Shown: positions 38,977 to 50,930, counted from the first letter of the stretch. The stretch is DNA of 64,000 nt from Cyanobacteriota bacterium (GCA_046045965.1 JBJOKS010000014.1:62008-126007), one strand, 5' to 3'. Numbers and translations: made by a program. Notes: generated by a model not told the origin, from the sequence alone.

Positions 38977-40548
38977 GTGATTGAGGCAGAAGTTCATTTA
39001 TCACTACATAACTTCCTGCGATCGCAGGCCGGGTTCCCTTCCTGGAACCATCACTTAACGATGGCACGGTTGGTAGCACGGGCTTTGCGGTTGGGACGTA
39101 GTGCTTTAATTCAAGTCGGGGCTGTTTGTGGCTACCAAGGGCGATATCGCACAAGTTTTATCGCATCCGCCTTGATGTGGCAGGGTCCTGTAATTATTGT
39201 GGCATCGGAAACTGTCCAGCAACGCTTACTAAATATAGAAATTCCTCGGCTACAGCAGTGGTTATCAGCTAATAAACCGATCAGAACAGGTGCAGTTTGG
39301 CCTGGTTCTGATTTTCAAGGGTTGTTGTTAACATCCCCCCAAGCTTGGTTAAAAGGGCAGTTGGCTGATCATGATAGTTTTCCCCTAAATATTCCTACTA
39401 TTATTGATGGTGTTGATGATTTGGAAGATTGGGTACGTGATCAGCTAACCCAAGATATTCAACCTCATGACTGGGATCAACTTATGTTGGCCTGTCCCCA
39501 GGAGGCTGAGGTTATTCGGGAAGCTAGGGTAAAACTAACACATGAATTATTCCAGCATCCAGAAAATCCATACCACTGTTATCTGATTTCTCAAACGGAA
39601 ATTGAGATTTTACAAGGTCTGTTTTTGGCTTTAGACTCAGATATTGATAATTTGCCAGATGTTTGGCGCAACTTGAGACAACAATTCCAAAACTGCCTAG
39701 ATCATTGTGCTGATCCCATCTCCCCATCTCCTGCTCTCTTCTGGGCTACTATTGCCCGTCGTCAAGGGTTATTTTCGTTACATTATGCCCCGATGGAATT
39801 GGCTAAAATACTTGCACCAATTTGGCAGCGTCAACCTGTAGTCTTACTTGGCAGTGCTTTGGAACCAGAAACGGAAGCTCCTTTGTTCCGTCAGCGTTTG
39901 GGGTTAGAGGATGTAACTTGTTTGAAGTTTTCTACTGATAGTCAAGGGGAAGCGATTCAACTTTATGCGCCCTATAAGTTGCCTTTACCGAATACACCGG
40001 AATTTCAAGGGGCGTTTATTCACCAAGTCCGTACTCTGGTTTGTTTAAGTGCCACATCCCCAGGAATGACTGTGGTTTTAGTGGGAGATGTGCCGCTTAA
40101 ATCGAAGGTGGGGGCAATTTTGGCTTCGGAGTTTGGTTCGCGGGTGCAGGTGGAAAAAACTTGTTTGGATGAAAATGGAATTTTGGTGACAGGTTGGGAA
40201 TTTTGGCGATCGCATCAAAATGTTTTACCCGCACCCCGGTTGTTAATTATTGCGACTTTACCTTTACCATCTTTAGAAAATCCTTTGGTGGCTGGTAGGG
40301 TAGCTTATTACAAGCGATCGCACCAAGATTGGTTTCGGTTATATTTATTGCCGACTGCTTTGAATGAATTGCAACGAGCGATCGCCCCAGTCCGAGAACA
40401 TCAAGGTATAGTGGCTTTACTTGATAGTCGTGTTGCTAACCGGAGTTATGGCGTTCAAATTCTCGCTGTCCTTAGTCCTCTAGCACGCTTGAACTATCTT
40501 GATCCCAGCTTGTTTTCTCAACCTAATGAGGAAAATTCCGATGGGTAA
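38977..40548 (+). CDS. DinG-like helicase-family protein (Helicase_C_2 C-terminal domain)
   Basis: GTG start at VIEAEVH; LIIATLPLPSLENP...ELQRAIAPVR...VALLDSRVANRSYG. Confidence 0.8.
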   Translation: MIEAEVHLSLHNFLRSQAGFPSWNHHLTMARLVARALRLGRSALIQVGAVCGYQGRYRTSFIASALMWQGPVIIVASETVQQRLLNIEIPRLQQWLSANKPIRTGAVWPGSDFQGLLLTSPQAWLKGQLADHDSFPLNIPTIIDGVDDLEDWVRDQLTQDIQPHDWDQLMLACPQEAEVIREARVKLTHELFQHPENPYHCYLISQTEIEILQGLFLALDSDIDNLPDVWRNLRQQFQNCLDHCADPISPSPALFWATIARRQGLFSLHYAPMELAKILAPIWQRQPVVLLGSALEPETEAPLFRQRLGLEDVTCLKFSTDSQGEAIQLYAPYKLPLPNTPEFQGAFIHQVRTLVCLSATSPGMTVVLVGDVPLKSKVGAILASEFGSRVQVEKTCLDENGILVTGWEFWRSHQNVLPAPRLLIIATLPLPSLENPLVAGRVAYYKRSHQDWFRLYLLPTALNELQRAIAPVREHQGIVALLDSRVANRSYGVQILAVLSPLARLNYLDPSLFSQPNEENSDG

Positions 40549-40666
40549 TGGGTAATGGGTAATTGGTAATAGCTAAAAATTTTCACTTCTGTCTCCTTTT
40601 CAAAATCGCCTGGATTCCTGCGAACATATATTAAGAACCTAAACCGAAATTAAATTACTGATTATT

Positions 40667-40882
40667 ATGGGTGAAGCAAAACGTCGTAAAAGCACACTAG
40701 GAGAACAATACGGTCAAGATACCCGCATCTTACCCTGGGTTCCCATCACTAAATCTCAAGCTGAACTGTTTGTGAGTTTGACCACTCGTGGAGCTTGGAT
40801 TGGTATTGGTGTTATGGTCGTAGTCTGGGTAACAATCCGTTTTATCGGTCCTGCTTTTGGTTGGTGGCAAGTAGTATTTTGA
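40667..40882 (+). CDS. DUF2839 family protein
   Basis: MGEAKRRK...TTRGAWIGIG...RFIGPAFGWW. Confidence 0.85.
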   Translation: MGEAKRRKSTLGEQYGQDTRILPWVPITKSQAELFVSLTTRGAWIGIGVMVVVWVTIRFIGPAFGWWQVVF

Positions 40883-41608
40883 AGTAGTGGGGTTGAAGAT
40901 GTGGAGTGCAGGGAAAAAGAATTAATTTTTAACCCACATTCCACACCACTCCTTTCTGTGTTTCTGTGACTTTCTCCAAACTATTGCCTAAATGGCTACC
41001 ACCTCATCCTCAACTCAGCTATGTTTAGAGGATGTGTAGACTTGGGGTTCTCCAGGCTCAATTATTCAGTATAAAATTTAGCTATCTTTACTTAAATCCT
41101 GGCATTAGTCCCCAGCCTGAAATATCCAACTTCCCGATTTATCAGGACAAGTCTGTCTTTTCTGCCATGACTATCAATTCTAGACCCAGAAGGAATTCAC
41201 CGAAATAGAGATGGAACAAAAACGGCGAAAAGTTACGCTAGAGTAAAGAAATACTGCTAATTTGCTTAAACAATACTGATAAAACTGTAATATGCCACTG
41301 TTCCCCAGTTGACTAGCAGGAGATTTAAGTTAGGCTGAAAGCTGATTGCTTGAAAGACTCAGGAGATGAGAGCTAAACATCTAAAAACAATGTTAACTTT
41401 ACCAGTTCTATCTGAGATTTATATCTTGCAAATTGAATAGTTTGATACGACAAACACAATGCCTATCGAGTACCCTAAGCAGGGTAGCTGATGATAAACG
41501 TAACTATCTGAGAGGAATTGTAATGAATAGTTTACAATACCAAAGGATGGCAAAATCTAAAGAAAATATAAAAGATACTCAAATGACTGTGGTGTCTGGA
41601 GGAAAAAA

Positions 41609-41950
41609 GTGTTTCTGAGACTGGCACATCAACATAGAGAATTTGTCCAAGACTTGGTAATGAACCTACAAGCTTTGGCAATTGTATTAGAGCGCAACGG
41701 CTATCTAGCCTCTTGCTATACCTGTGGCGACCAAATGAACAGTGCTTCATTCATGGTAAGCTTAGGAGACAATCACCTAATTCGCTTTTTAGTATCAGAT
41801 TACGGAATTACTTGGACTGAAATGCGGGATGACCGGGAATTGATGAAATTAGAAGGTGCAGAGGCAATTAACCAATTGCAGGAATTGGCTAATCTTGTCC
41901 AACAATCTATACAAACTTCTACAAGTCATAAAACCCTTGTTAAGAAGTGA
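41609..41950 (+). CDS. DUF1815 family protein
   Basis: MFLRLAHQHREFVQDLVMNLQALA...ASCYTC. Confidence 0.85.
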   Translation: MFLRLAHQHREFVQDLVMNLQALAIVLERNGYLASCYTCGDQMNSASFMVSLGDNHLIRFLVSDYGITWTEMRDDRELMKLEGAEAINQLQELANLVQQSIQTSTSHKTLVKK

Positions 41951-42223
41951 TAACTTGCCCAAGAAGATACAGCATCAGCAGTAAAACGCTCTTGGTGCAT
42001 CCCTTGTTGCGCTTCTGTTGGTATCTAATTGACCTGCAATACGCTGTAGTAAGTATGGACTGGTGTTTCGGTAATTGGTAATTGGTGATAGCGGCTTTGT
42101 TTGTTGAACGCTTAACACCTATTCACCATTACCGTAAATAGCTCGTCTTTGTAGTGTTTGTCAAGTGTTTTGCAGTGTCTGTTAAAATCTGATGGGTAAG
42201 AACTAAACCCATTACTCACAAGA

Positions 42224-42730
42224 TTGAATATGACTCAAGAAACACCCAGCCAACCAAAACTACCACCAACTAGCGCCATTGATCAGGTGACGAAGGCTGA
42301 ATTTGATAATTGGTTTGAATATCCTATCAGAGTGCAGCCTCACCATACAGATTATGCAGGAATTGTATGGCACGGCGCTTATTTAACTTGGATGGAAGAA
42401 GCGCGGGTAGAATGTTTGCGCTCTATAGGTATTGATTTTGCGGATTTAGTAGCTTTAGGTTGTGACTTACCAGTGGTAGAATTGTCTGTACGCTATCATC
42501 GTTCTTTGCAATTAGGGATGATGGCGCTGGTAAAAACTCGGATGCTGGAAGTAACGGGTGTTCGCATTAATTGGGATTATAAAATTGTTTCCACAGATGA
42601 TCAAGAATTATATATTACTGCTCAGGTAACCCTGGTGGCATTAGACAGGGAAAGAGGTAAAATTATGCGTCAGCTACCTCCTGCTGTTAAAGATGCACTG
42701 GCTAAAATTTCTACATCATACAGTAGTTGA
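42224..42730 (+). CDS. Acyl-CoA thioesterase (YbgC/4HBT family)
   Basis: RVQPHHTDYAGIVWHGAYLTWMEEAR. Confidence 0.9.
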   Translation: MNMTQETPSQPKLPPTSAIDQVTKAEFDNWFEYPIRVQPHHTDYAGIVWHGAYLTWMEEARVECLRSIGIDFADLVALGCDLPVVELSVRYHRSLQLGMMALVKTRMLEVTGVRINWDYKIVSTDDQELYITAQVTLVALDRERGKIMRQLPPAVKDALAKISTSYSS

Positions 42731-42771
42731 TTAAAAATTGAAAATTAAAAATTTATCCTCCTGAAACAAGA

Positions 42772-43032
42772 TTAATTACGTACAGGTGTTTGGGAAATGT
42801 TTTGAGTAATCTCTGATATTTTCTGTAAAATATCTTGAGGTGTAATCCCAAAACCAAAGTATAATAAAACCACTATCGCTGCACAAGTCACGGCAGTTTT
42901 GATGGTGGTTTTTACTAATTTCCACAGGATGACAAATATTATCCAAGCGACTATGAAGGTAATGATCATGATATGAGCAGCTTGAAAATCATGGTTGTTA
43001 AATAGGCTAACTATTATATTTAAAAATGGCAA
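42772..43032 (-). CDS. Small membrane hypothetical protein (start uncertain)
   Basis: Two TM segments and FGITPQD motif. Confidence 0.6.
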   Translation of the reverse strand: MPFLNIIVSLFNNHDFQAAHIMIITFIVAWIIFVILWKLVKTTIKTAVTCAAIVVLLYFGFGITPQDILQKISEITQNISQTPVRN

Positions 43033-43074
43033 GATATTAATTGTGTTAATTATTTTTTAAACATTCATCTGTGA

Positions 43075-43179
<105 letters not shown>

Positions 43180-43288
43180 AAATAATAACAATATTCAGTA
43201 TATTCTTATAGATTAACTGCCGATGATAGTAAATGAGCAACATCGGTAATTGATAGCCTAAAATTACCATTATTTAGGAGTCGGGATA

Positions 43289-46200
43289 ATGACAGATACA
43301 CAAAAACCCAATAAACCCTTATTTTCTCAACATTATTTAAGATTTCGGATTCAAGAATTACCAGAATGGCAATTAGATATTACCTCAGAATTTGCACAAT
43401 TAAATAAACTCTATCTTGCTAAAAAAGCAATTTTACCCACATTAAATGAATACCAAACAGAAGAAGAATTTATTAAACCTGTATTAGAAATATTAGGTTT
43501 TAAATATATTCCTCAAGTAATCATTCGTGGAAAAGGTAGATCCCAACGTCCTGATTATGCCTTATTTAATAACACAGAAACAAGAGATATTGCCTACACA
43601 TTACAAACTAATGAAACCGCATTTTATAGTCAAGTATTAGCTATAGCAGAAGCTAAATATTGGGAAAGACAATTAAGCAAAGTTTCTGCTAATGATAAGC
43701 GGGATATCTTCAAAAATGAAAACCCATCTTTTCAGATTTCTAGTTATTTAACAGGTACAAATGTTGACTGGGGAATTTTAACCAATGGGAGAGAATGGCG
43801 GTTATATTATCGTTTAGCATCTTCTACTGCAACAGAATTTTATCCCATTGATTTGGTAGAATTATTAGAAAGTGAAGATGTAGATAAACTGGAAAAATTC
43901 AAATATTTTTGGTTATTTTTTAGACGTGCAGCTTTTGAAAAAGATAGCTATAATAAAAACTTTTTAGAACGAGTCAGAGAAGGAAGTACAACCTACGCGA
44001 CTCAAGTAGGAAATGAGTTAAAAACATTAGTATTTCAACAGATATTTCCTGACTTAGCGGGTGGTTTTGTTGCAGATGCAGCAAGACGGGGAAAAACTAT
44101 CAACGAAACACAAGTTTATGCGGCAACTTTATCATTTTTATATAAGTTGTTATTTCTATTATATGCTGAAGCTAGAAACTTATTACCAATAAACACAGCT
44201 TACCGTGATTATAGTTTGATTAAAATTACCCAAGAAATAGCGGAAAGTGTTGATCAACAAAGAACATTAAGTCAAACTTCTACAAAAATTTATAAAGGTA
44301 TTTTGAGTTTATTTGAAATAGTAGATAGAGGTGACGCAGCTTTAGAAGTACCTCGTTATAATGGCGGTTTATTTCATTTTGAATTTCATCAAAACCAAGA
44401 TATTAAAGATTATCCAGATAATTATTTTTTGTATGAACATCAATTATCAGATGCGGTGTTAGCACCTGCTTTAGATAAATTAGCAAGATTTCAAAAATTA
44501 CCCATTGACTACAGCTTTTTAGGTGTACGACAATTAGGTTCAATTTATGAAGGTTTATTAGAATATCGGGTAGTTGTTGAAGATGGAAATACGGGAAAAG
44601 TTCATTTAGAAAATGATCAAGGTGAACGAAAATCTACAGGTTCTTATTACACACCTGATTATATTGTTAAATACATTGTTAGTCATACCCTCAAACCAAT
44701 TTTAGAGGAGAGAAAACAAAAATTTGCTGATTTAATGACGCAAATTAATCAAATTCAAGAAAATCTCAAAGATGGTAGATTAGGTGTACAAAGTCGTAAC
44801 GGTTTACAAAAAGATTTACAACGTTTAGAAAGAACTGCACAAAATATACTGTTAGATATTAAAATTTGTGATCCTGCGATGGGAAGCGGACATTTTTTAG
44901 TAGAAGCTGTGGATTTTTTAACTGATGAATTAATTAATATTTTAAATGAATATCCTGAACATAACCCTGTTTTGGAGATGTTAGAAATTACCCGCAATAG
45001 TATTTTAGAGAATTTGCAAAACCAGGGAATTACTATTGATATCAATAAATTAGAAGACACTCAACTTTTACAAAGGGTGGTGATGAAACGCTGTATTTAT
45101 GGTGTGGATTTAAACCCGATGGCGGTAGAATTAGCAAAGGTGAGTTTATGGTTACATTCTTTCACAATTGGCGCTCCTTTGAGTTTTTTAGATCATCATT
45201 TGCGTTGTGGAAATTCCCTTATTGGTACAGCTGCAAAGGAAGCGGAAGCGAAAATGCAGCAAGAAGAAAGTGGCCAGTTGAGTTTATTAACTGGTCCATT
45301 TAAAGGGTTATTGTGTGCTGCGGAAATTATGCGCGGTGTGAGTACATTAAGTGATGCGACTTTTGCGGAAGTGGAAACCAGCGAAAGGTTATTTAAGGAG
45401 TTTGATCAAGCTGCAAAACCTTATAAAAGATTGTTAGATGTTTATGTTTCTCAGTTTTTTGGTGTGAAACAAGCTAAGAATTGGTTAGAAAGGTTTGGTA
45501 CAAATGCAATTTATGTCAATCCTGAAAATCTCAAAGATGATGATTTTGCAGTTTATGAAGATGCGAGAAAGTTATTTGAGGATAAGCGGTTTTTTCATTG
45601 GGACTTGGAATTTCCAGAGGTGTTTATTGATTTAGAAAATACAAGTTGGAAGGATAATTCTGGGTTTGATGCTGTGATTGGAAATCCTCCTTATGGAGTA
45701 ATTGATAAAGAATATACATCTGCCAATCAAGAATATATTAGTAATACTGTTATTTCCAAAGATATTTATTTATTTTTTATAGAAATGTCATTAAATATAA
45801 GCTGTAAAAGTGGTAATGTTGGCTTAATTACTCCTAATACATGGATGACTTTAGAAAGTGGCTATAATTTCAGAAAATTAATGTTACAAACAACTAAATT
45901 AATGAATATAGCTGAATTTAGATCAGCTTTTCAGGATGCAATTGTGGAAACTGCTGCATTTATAGTTTCTAATAACATTAATTATGATGAAAATACAGAA
46001 GTTGTAAATTTTGCCAATGAAAAAATTATTTCTAGATATTTCCGTTATGCTTCAGAATGGCTATCAAATGAAGAATATGTCATTGATTATTACTTAAATT
46101 CATCGGAAATCAATATTTTGAACAAGTCTAGTAATCAATGTATTAAGTTAGAAGAATTAGTCAATATATGTGGCGGTACAAAATTATATCAGAAAGGAAA

Positions 46201-47209
46201 AGGTAATCCCCCTCAAACACAGTTAGTTGTGAAGGAAAAACCATATACATCAAATAAATTACTACCAGATTTTGAACCAATAATTACTGGTGGAGATATA
46301 CAAAGATATGTCACTCAAAATGAACTTACTTATGTTAAATATGGTGTATGGTTAGCTGAACCAAGAAACGAAAGTATATTTAGAAATCAAAAAATTATAG
46401 TGCGACGCACTGATGATTCAATTATTGCAAGTATTGATAGTGATCAAAGGATTTGTCAAAACTCTGTACATTGTGTCATACAAAAAGATAATAGTGATTA
46501 CTCTGATTATTTCTTGTTAGCTATTTTAAATTCTTTTTATATTAAATGGTGGTATCAGAAGAAAAATTTTCAGATGGTTGGTAAACCTTTTGCTGAGGTT
46601 AAAGTTATCTATGTGTCAAGAATACCAATGCCAAAAATTGAATTTACAACTACCCCAGAAAAACGCGAAACCTATCTACAAAATCTGATTAACCTTTACC
46701 CACAATATCAAATCAATTATAACCCTAATAACCTACTTAACCAAATTGAAAACCACCTTAACCAACAACCATTTCCAGCAGATATAATTCATGATTTTCT
46801 CGCATATTTAGCAGAACAAATGATAGAATTAAATAAACAAAAACAAACAGAAATGAAAGGATTTATCACATGGTTAGAAAGATTTATTGGTACTGATATT
46901 GATAACCTAACCAATAAATCGAAAATTCAAAATTATTTAGGTGATTATTATAAACAAAAAGCAGGAGATAATCATTTAAGTTTAGATGAATTAATTGATA
47001 TTCTCAAGAAAAACAAAAAGAAAATCAAAATTGATATTACCGCTAGAAAAGAACAGGAAACATTAGGTAATGAATATCAATCAAGTTTAAATATTCTCTT
47101 ACCTATTAAACAGCAATTAAAACAATGTGATTGGTTAATTGATGAAATTGTGTATCGTTTGTATGGTTTAACAGAGGAAGAAAAAGCGATTATTGAGGGT
47201 AATCTGTAG
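43289..47209 (+). CDS. Type IIG (Eco57I/TaqI-C-like) fused restriction-modification enzyme
   Basis: RPDYALF...IAEAKYW nuclease motif, WGILTNGREWRLY, TGSYYTP, DPAMGSGHFL, GNPPY, C-terminal IDEIVYRLYGLTEEE. Confidence 0.92.
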   Translation: MTDTQKPNKPLFSQHYLRFRIQELPEWQLDITSEFAQLNKLYLAKKAILPTLNEYQTEEEFIKPVLEILGFKYIPQVIIRGKGRSQRPDYALFNNTETRDIAYTLQTNETAFYSQVLAIAEAKYWERQLSKVSANDKRDIFKNENPSFQISSYLTGTNVDWGILTNGREWRLYYRLASSTATEFYPIDLVELLESEDVDKLEKFKYFWLFFRRAAFEKDSYNKNFLERVREGSTTYATQVGNELKTLVFQQIFPDLAGGFVADAARRGKTINETQVYAATLSFLYKLLFLLYAEARNLLPINTAYRDYSLIKITQEIAESVDQQRTLSQTSTKIYKGILSLFEIVDRGDAALEVPRYNGGLFHFEFHQNQDIKDYPDNYFLYEHQLSDAVLAPALDKLARFQKLPIDYSFLGVRQLGSIYEGLLEYRVVVEDGNTGKVHLENDQGERKSTGSYYTPDYIVKYIVSHTLKPILEERKQKFADLMTQINQIQENLKDGRLGVQSRNGLQKDLQRLERTAQNILLDIKICDPAMGSGHFLVEAVDFLTDELINILNEYPEHNPVLEMLEITRNSILENLQNQGITIDINKLEDTQLLQRVVMKRCIYGVDLNPMAVELAKVSLWLHSFTIGAPLSFLDHHLRCGNSLIGTAAKEAEAKMQQEESGQLSLLTGPFKGLLCAAEIMRGVSTLSDATFAEVETSERLFKEFDQAAKPYKRLLDVYVSQFFGVKQAKNWLERFGTNAIYVNPENLKDDDFAVYEDARKLFEDKRFFHWDLEFPEVFIDLENTSWKDNSGFDAVIGNPPYGVIDKEYTSANQEYISNTVISKDIYLFFIEMSLNISCKSGNVGLITPNTWMTLESGYNFRKLMLQTTKLMNIAEFRSAFQDAIVETAAFIVSNNINYDENTEVVNFANEKIISRYFRYASEWLSNEEYVIDYYLNSSEINILNKSSNQCIKLEELVNICGGTKLYQKGKGNPPQTQLVVKEKPYTSNKLLPDFEPIITGGDIQRYVTQNELTYVKYGVWLAEPRNESIFRNQKIIVRRTDDSIIASIDSDQRICQNSVHCVIQKDNSDYSDYFLLAILNSFYIKWWYQKKNFQMVGKPFAEVKVIYVSRIPMPKIEFTTTPEKRETYLQNLINLYPQYQINYNPNNLLNQIENHLNQQPFPADIIHDFLAYLAEQMIELNKQKQTEMKGFITWLERFIGTDIDNLTNKSKIQNYLGDYYKQKAGDNHLSLDELIDILKKNKKKIKIDITARKEQETLGNEYQSSLNILLPIKQQLKQCDWLIDEIVYRLYGLTEEEKAIIEGNL

Positions 47210-47265
47210 TATATAATGACGTTTGAAAAGTCAAATGTTCGTAAGCATTCAGAAATAGAGTGCTC

Positions 47266-47298
47266 AGATCCCCGACTTCTTCAAGAATTCGGGGATCT
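47266..47298. repeat. REP-like palindrome AGATCCCCGACTTCT-tca-AGAATTCGGGGATCT (likely terminator)
   Basis: Near-perfect hairpin between convergent genes; relatives at about 10109-10141 and 23492-23514. Confidence 0.7.
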
Positions 47299-47303
47299 AG
47301 AAC

Positions 47304-48500
47304 TTAAAGCACAGAAACTATCTGAGGTTGACTTGCTAACTTTTCAGTTGCGGTAAAAACCTCTTGCCTAGCCCATTGATCTGCTGCTAAAATGTCATCT
47401 AAAGAAGGATTTTGTTTGTTATCATTTTGATGGCGATCGCACACAAATTCAATACAGCGAGCAATATCCAAATAGCCAATTTTTTCTTCTAAAAATAGCG
47501 CCACAGCTTGTTCATTTGCAGCATTCAAAACCGCCGGCATCGAACCACCTGCTCTACCCGCAGCATAAGCTAAACTCATGCAAGGATATTTTTGATGATC
47601 TGGTTCACGGAAGGTTAAATCACCAGATTTTACTAAATTCAATCTTTCCCAATTTGTGTAAATTCTTTCTGGCCAAGATAAAGCATAAAGCAAAGGTAAA
47701 CGCATATCTGGCCAACCAAGTTGAGCTAAAACTGAAGTATCTTGTAACTCAATTAAAGAGTGAATAATACTTTGAGGATGAATGACAATTTCGATATCAT
47801 CATAATCCACTCCAAACAAATAATGAGCTTCAATTACTTCCAACCCTTTATTCATCAAAGTTGCAGAGTCAACAGTGATTTTTCGACCCATTGACCAGTT
47901 AGGATGTTTAATAGCATCAGCAACTTTCACTTGCGGTAACTTTTCCACAGGCCAGTCTCGAAAAGCACCACCGGAAGCAGTTAACAATATCTTTTTTAAA
48001 CCACCTTTAGGAACACCTTGCAAACATTGAAAAATCGCCGAATGTTCCGAATCTGCGGGTAATAGTTTCACTCCGTGTTTTTCCACCAAAGGTAACACCA
48101 CAGGAGCGCCGGCAATGATAGTTTCTTTATTTGCTAAAGCAATATCTTTACCCGCTTCAATAGCAGCGATAGTGGGAAGCAAACCCGCGCAACCAACGAT
48201 ACCAGTAACTACACTTTCAGCATTACCATAACGAGCAACTTCGATCACTCCCGCTTCCCCAGCGAGTAAAATAGGTTGGGGGTTGAGGTCTTTAATTGCC
48301 TCCTGAAGATCTGGTAACTTATCAGCAGCGGAAATAGCGGCAATTTGAGGACGAAACTGGCGAATTTGCGCTGCGAACAACTCAACATTACGGCCAGCAG
48401 TCAGACCAACTATGCGGAATTTATCAGGGTTTTCAGAAACGATATCTAGAGTCTGAGTACCAATAGAGCCGGTAGAACCAAGAAGAGTAATAGCTTTCAC
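47304..48500 (-). CDS. dxr: 1-deoxy-D-xylulose-5-phosphate reductoisomerase
   Basis: [45 protein letters not shown]. Confidence 0.98.
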   Translation of the reverse strand: MKAITLLGSTGSIGTQTLDIVSENPDKFRIVGLTAGRNVELFAAQIRQFRPQIAAISAADKLPDLQEAIKDLNPQPILLAGEAGVIEVARYGNAESVVTGIVGCAGLLPTIAAIEAGKDIALANKETIIAGAPVVLPLVEKHGVKLLPADSEHSAIFQCLQGVPKGGLKKILLTASGGAFRDWPVEKLPQVKVADAIKHPNWSMGRKITVDSATLMNKGLEVIEAHYLFGVDYDDIEIVIHPQSIIHSLIELQDTSVLAQLGWPDMRLPLLYALSWPERIYTNWERLNLVKSGDLTFREPDHQKYPCMSLAYAAGRAGGSMPAVLNAANEQAVALFLEEKIGYLDIARCIEFVCDRHQNDNKQNPSLDDILAADQWARQEVFTATEKLASQPQIVSVL

Positions 48501-48627
48501 AATGATTTAACAATTTACGGATACTCTTAACTATAAATTGTTAAGGACTCACTTTGAAAGTCAGTTGCTAGATAAGTGACAGGGAATAGGCGACCAGTGT
48601 TTTGGAATTATGAATTATGAATTATGA

Positions 48628-50133
48628 CTAATTTCCTGATTTTTTAAGAAAAGAATTGATATCACGATTTTTAATTTGGCTACAAGAACCCGGACGTTTA
48701 TAAACACAAGTTCCTTGCCAACATTTCTGCAAAGAATAATTTTGATATGCGGATGGTAGAGGCAAATTACCAACAACATAATTAAAGCCGGAATTTAAAA
48801 GTTGAAAATCTTTTTTGGTGTCAATTTGATATATAGGCACATCACGGTGAAAATAAGTATAACCTCCTGATAAAGCCCAATTAACACCCCACAGACCAAG
48901 ACCACAAACATTTTTTTCTGTACTTAAACTTTGCAAAGCCAGGAGGTGGTTAGCCGTAGCATAGAGGTGTGTCATTTGTAAATTTGTGCCAAAAGTAGAG
49001 AAACTTAAAGGAGCATAAATATTAAATCTAGTCAGGAGAGAAATAGAAGCAGAAGTCCAAAGAATAAGAGAAAGTGATATTGCTATTATTTTAATTTGTA
49101 GTGAATCCCATCTGCGGGAAAATTTTAAAGAAAATTTTACAACTAATTCACCTGTGCCTATTCCTGCTAATATCAACAACATTGGTAATGCTGGATAAAT
49201 AAAACGATATTCTTTATGACCTAAAAAACTGTGAGACAAGATAATAATTAATGCAACCCATCCCAAAATAGGAAGACGACGAAAACCTATCATAGCAAAA
49301 ATAATCATAGGTAGAGATAACCAAGACCAACTTTTGAGGAAGAAAATAAAATATTCATACCAAGGTGAAACCCCATAAATTTTACTTCTGCCTTCTACAA
49401 TATTTACCCAAACATTCAACCAAAAAGATTGAAAAGGATAAGTCCATGAAAAAGCATCCACGGTTCCAAATAAAAGTATGGGAGCGAGGATACCTAACAT
49501 CATTGGCAACCATTTATTATCCCAATCTTGTCTGCAAATATAGACTACTGCAAATGCAATAGCTGGGATAAAATGAAATCTTAATGCTATAGATGTTCCT
49601 AACAAACATCCTGATAATAATAACCGATCTCTGGATGAAAATGATTGTGGTTCAACTCCTAAATAAAGTCCTGGTAAAAGGAAATGAGTAGCGACAACTT
49701 CGGTAAAAGCTTTAGGTGAAAAGTAGATAATTTCAAACCAGACGGTACAAATAGCAGCACAAATAAAAGCTGTAATTGTTCCTCCTATTTTTTTACCCCA
49801 TACATAAGCAACTAAGATATTACTCAGGGAAAGTAAAGACAAAAATAAATTAACTCCTATGAGGTATCCCGTAGAACCTTCTCCCATCCATGCTGTGAGA
49901 CGCATAACACCTGCTAAAATTCCTGGTAATACCCAGGAACGAATACCATCTCTAAATTCCCAGGTGACAATACCATTACCAAAAGCTAATCTATGTGCAG
50001 GTTCTAGAGTTTGGAAAATTTCATCTGCCCAAAATATATTGGGGAATTTTACAGCCATACCCACACGCAATATTAATGCGATAATAATTAGGCTGCCTAA
50101 TAATAGGTAATCTTGTTTAAATCGCCGATTCAT
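48628..50133 (-). CDS. Alg9/PIG-B-like (GT22) membrane mannosyltransferase
   Basis: WADEIFQTLEPAH...TWEF...IRSW and HKEYRFIYP. Confidence 0.85.
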   Translation of the reverse strand: MNRRFKQDYLLLGSLIIIALILRVGMAVKFPNIFWADEIFQTLEPAHRLAFGNGIVTWEFRDGIRSWVLPGILAGVMRLTAWMGEGSTGYLIGVNLFLSLLSLSNILVAYVWGKKIGGTITAFICAAICTVWFEIIYFSPKAFTEVVATHFLLPGLYLGVEPQSFSSRDRLLLSGCLLGTSIALRFHFIPAIAFAVVYICRQDWDNKWLPMMLGILAPILLFGTVDAFSWTYPFQSFWLNVWVNIVEGRSKIYGVSPWYEYFIFFLKSWSWLSLPMIIFAMIGFRRLPILGWVALIIILSHSFLGHKEYRFIYPALPMLLILAGIGTGELVVKFSLKFSRRWDSLQIKIIAISLSLILWTSASISLLTRFNIYAPLSFSTFGTNLQMTHLYATANHLLALQSLSTEKNVCGLGLWGVNWALSGGYTYFHRDVPIYQIDTKKDFQLLNSGFNYVVGNLPLPSAYQNYSLQKCWQGTCVYKRPGSCSQIKNRDINSFLKKSGN

Positions 50134-50156
50134 CTGTTGTTATAATTGGATGAGAT

Positions 50157-50759
50157 TTAACTATTGTTTTTTGGTTCAGATTCCACAGCTTCAAACTTTA
50201 CTTTATTATATAAATCCCCTAAAGAAATTTCAAAATGTACAGTTACCAGAGATATTTTTTCATCTTCTTCATCGTATTCACACAAATTCCATCTTTTATT
50301 TCCAGTTTTAGAAAAATGTTCTACATGAATGCGGTTTTGATCAATTAATAAATATTCTTGAAAACTGGGAATTGTTCTGTAAGCAGTAAATTTATCTTCT
50401 CTGTCATAACCTTTGGTAGATTTAGATAATACCTCAATAATTACCTGGGGATTAGTAATTGTATCTGTCCGATTATTGAAAAATTCTGGTTCATCTGCAA
50501 TAATGATCACATCTGGATAAGTGTATATTAGTCTTTGAGGTATCCACAGACGTATATCACCCATAAAAACTTCGTAATTTTTATCTCTAAATGCAAAATT
50601 CAGTCCAGAACTTAGATTTAAAGAGATGCGGTTATGATTGATAGATGCACCAGCCATTGGAATGATTTGTCCTTCAATATATTCGCTTTTGTAGTCAGCA
50701 GTTGCTTCTAATTCCAGATATTCCTCTGGGGTGTAATATTGCTTTTCTGTGAGTTGCAT
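50157..50759 (-). CDS. Uma2 family endonuclease-fold protein
   Basis: YTYPDVII...IEVLSKST...REDKF..Y..IPSFQEYLLIDQ. Confidence 0.92.
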   Translation of the reverse strand: MQLTEKQYYTPEEYLELEATADYKSEYIEGQIIPMAGASINHNRISLNLSSGLNFAFRDKNYEVFMGDIRLWIPQRLIYTYPDVIIIADEPEFFNNRTDTITNPQVIIEVLSKSTKGYDREDKFTAYRTIPSFQEYLLIDQNRIHVEHFSKTGNKRWNLCEYDEEDEKISLVTVHFEISLGDLYNKVKFEAVESEPKNNS

Positions 50760-50930
50760 ATTTTTGATTAGAAAGCTATGTATGTTAATTTAGCATATAA
50801 GTTTAAATTATTATTTAAAGAGATTGAATATTAACTTTTTCATATTTATAGACTATTGCATTAGTGATGTAGCCCAATTAGGGTAGACTTACATAAGTTT
50901 GTAAATATCATTGTTACCATTGCTAAAACC

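Noticed and set aside
40883..41608. Long intergenic region, also 63274-64000, examined for RNA genes
   Set aside because: No tRNA, rRNA or recognisable structured RNA was seen; ORFs 41433 and 41532 lack support
50157..50759. Uma2 gene as part of a defence system
   Set aside because: Uma2 genes are highly multicopy and scattered in cyanobacteria, and no partner genes are present here
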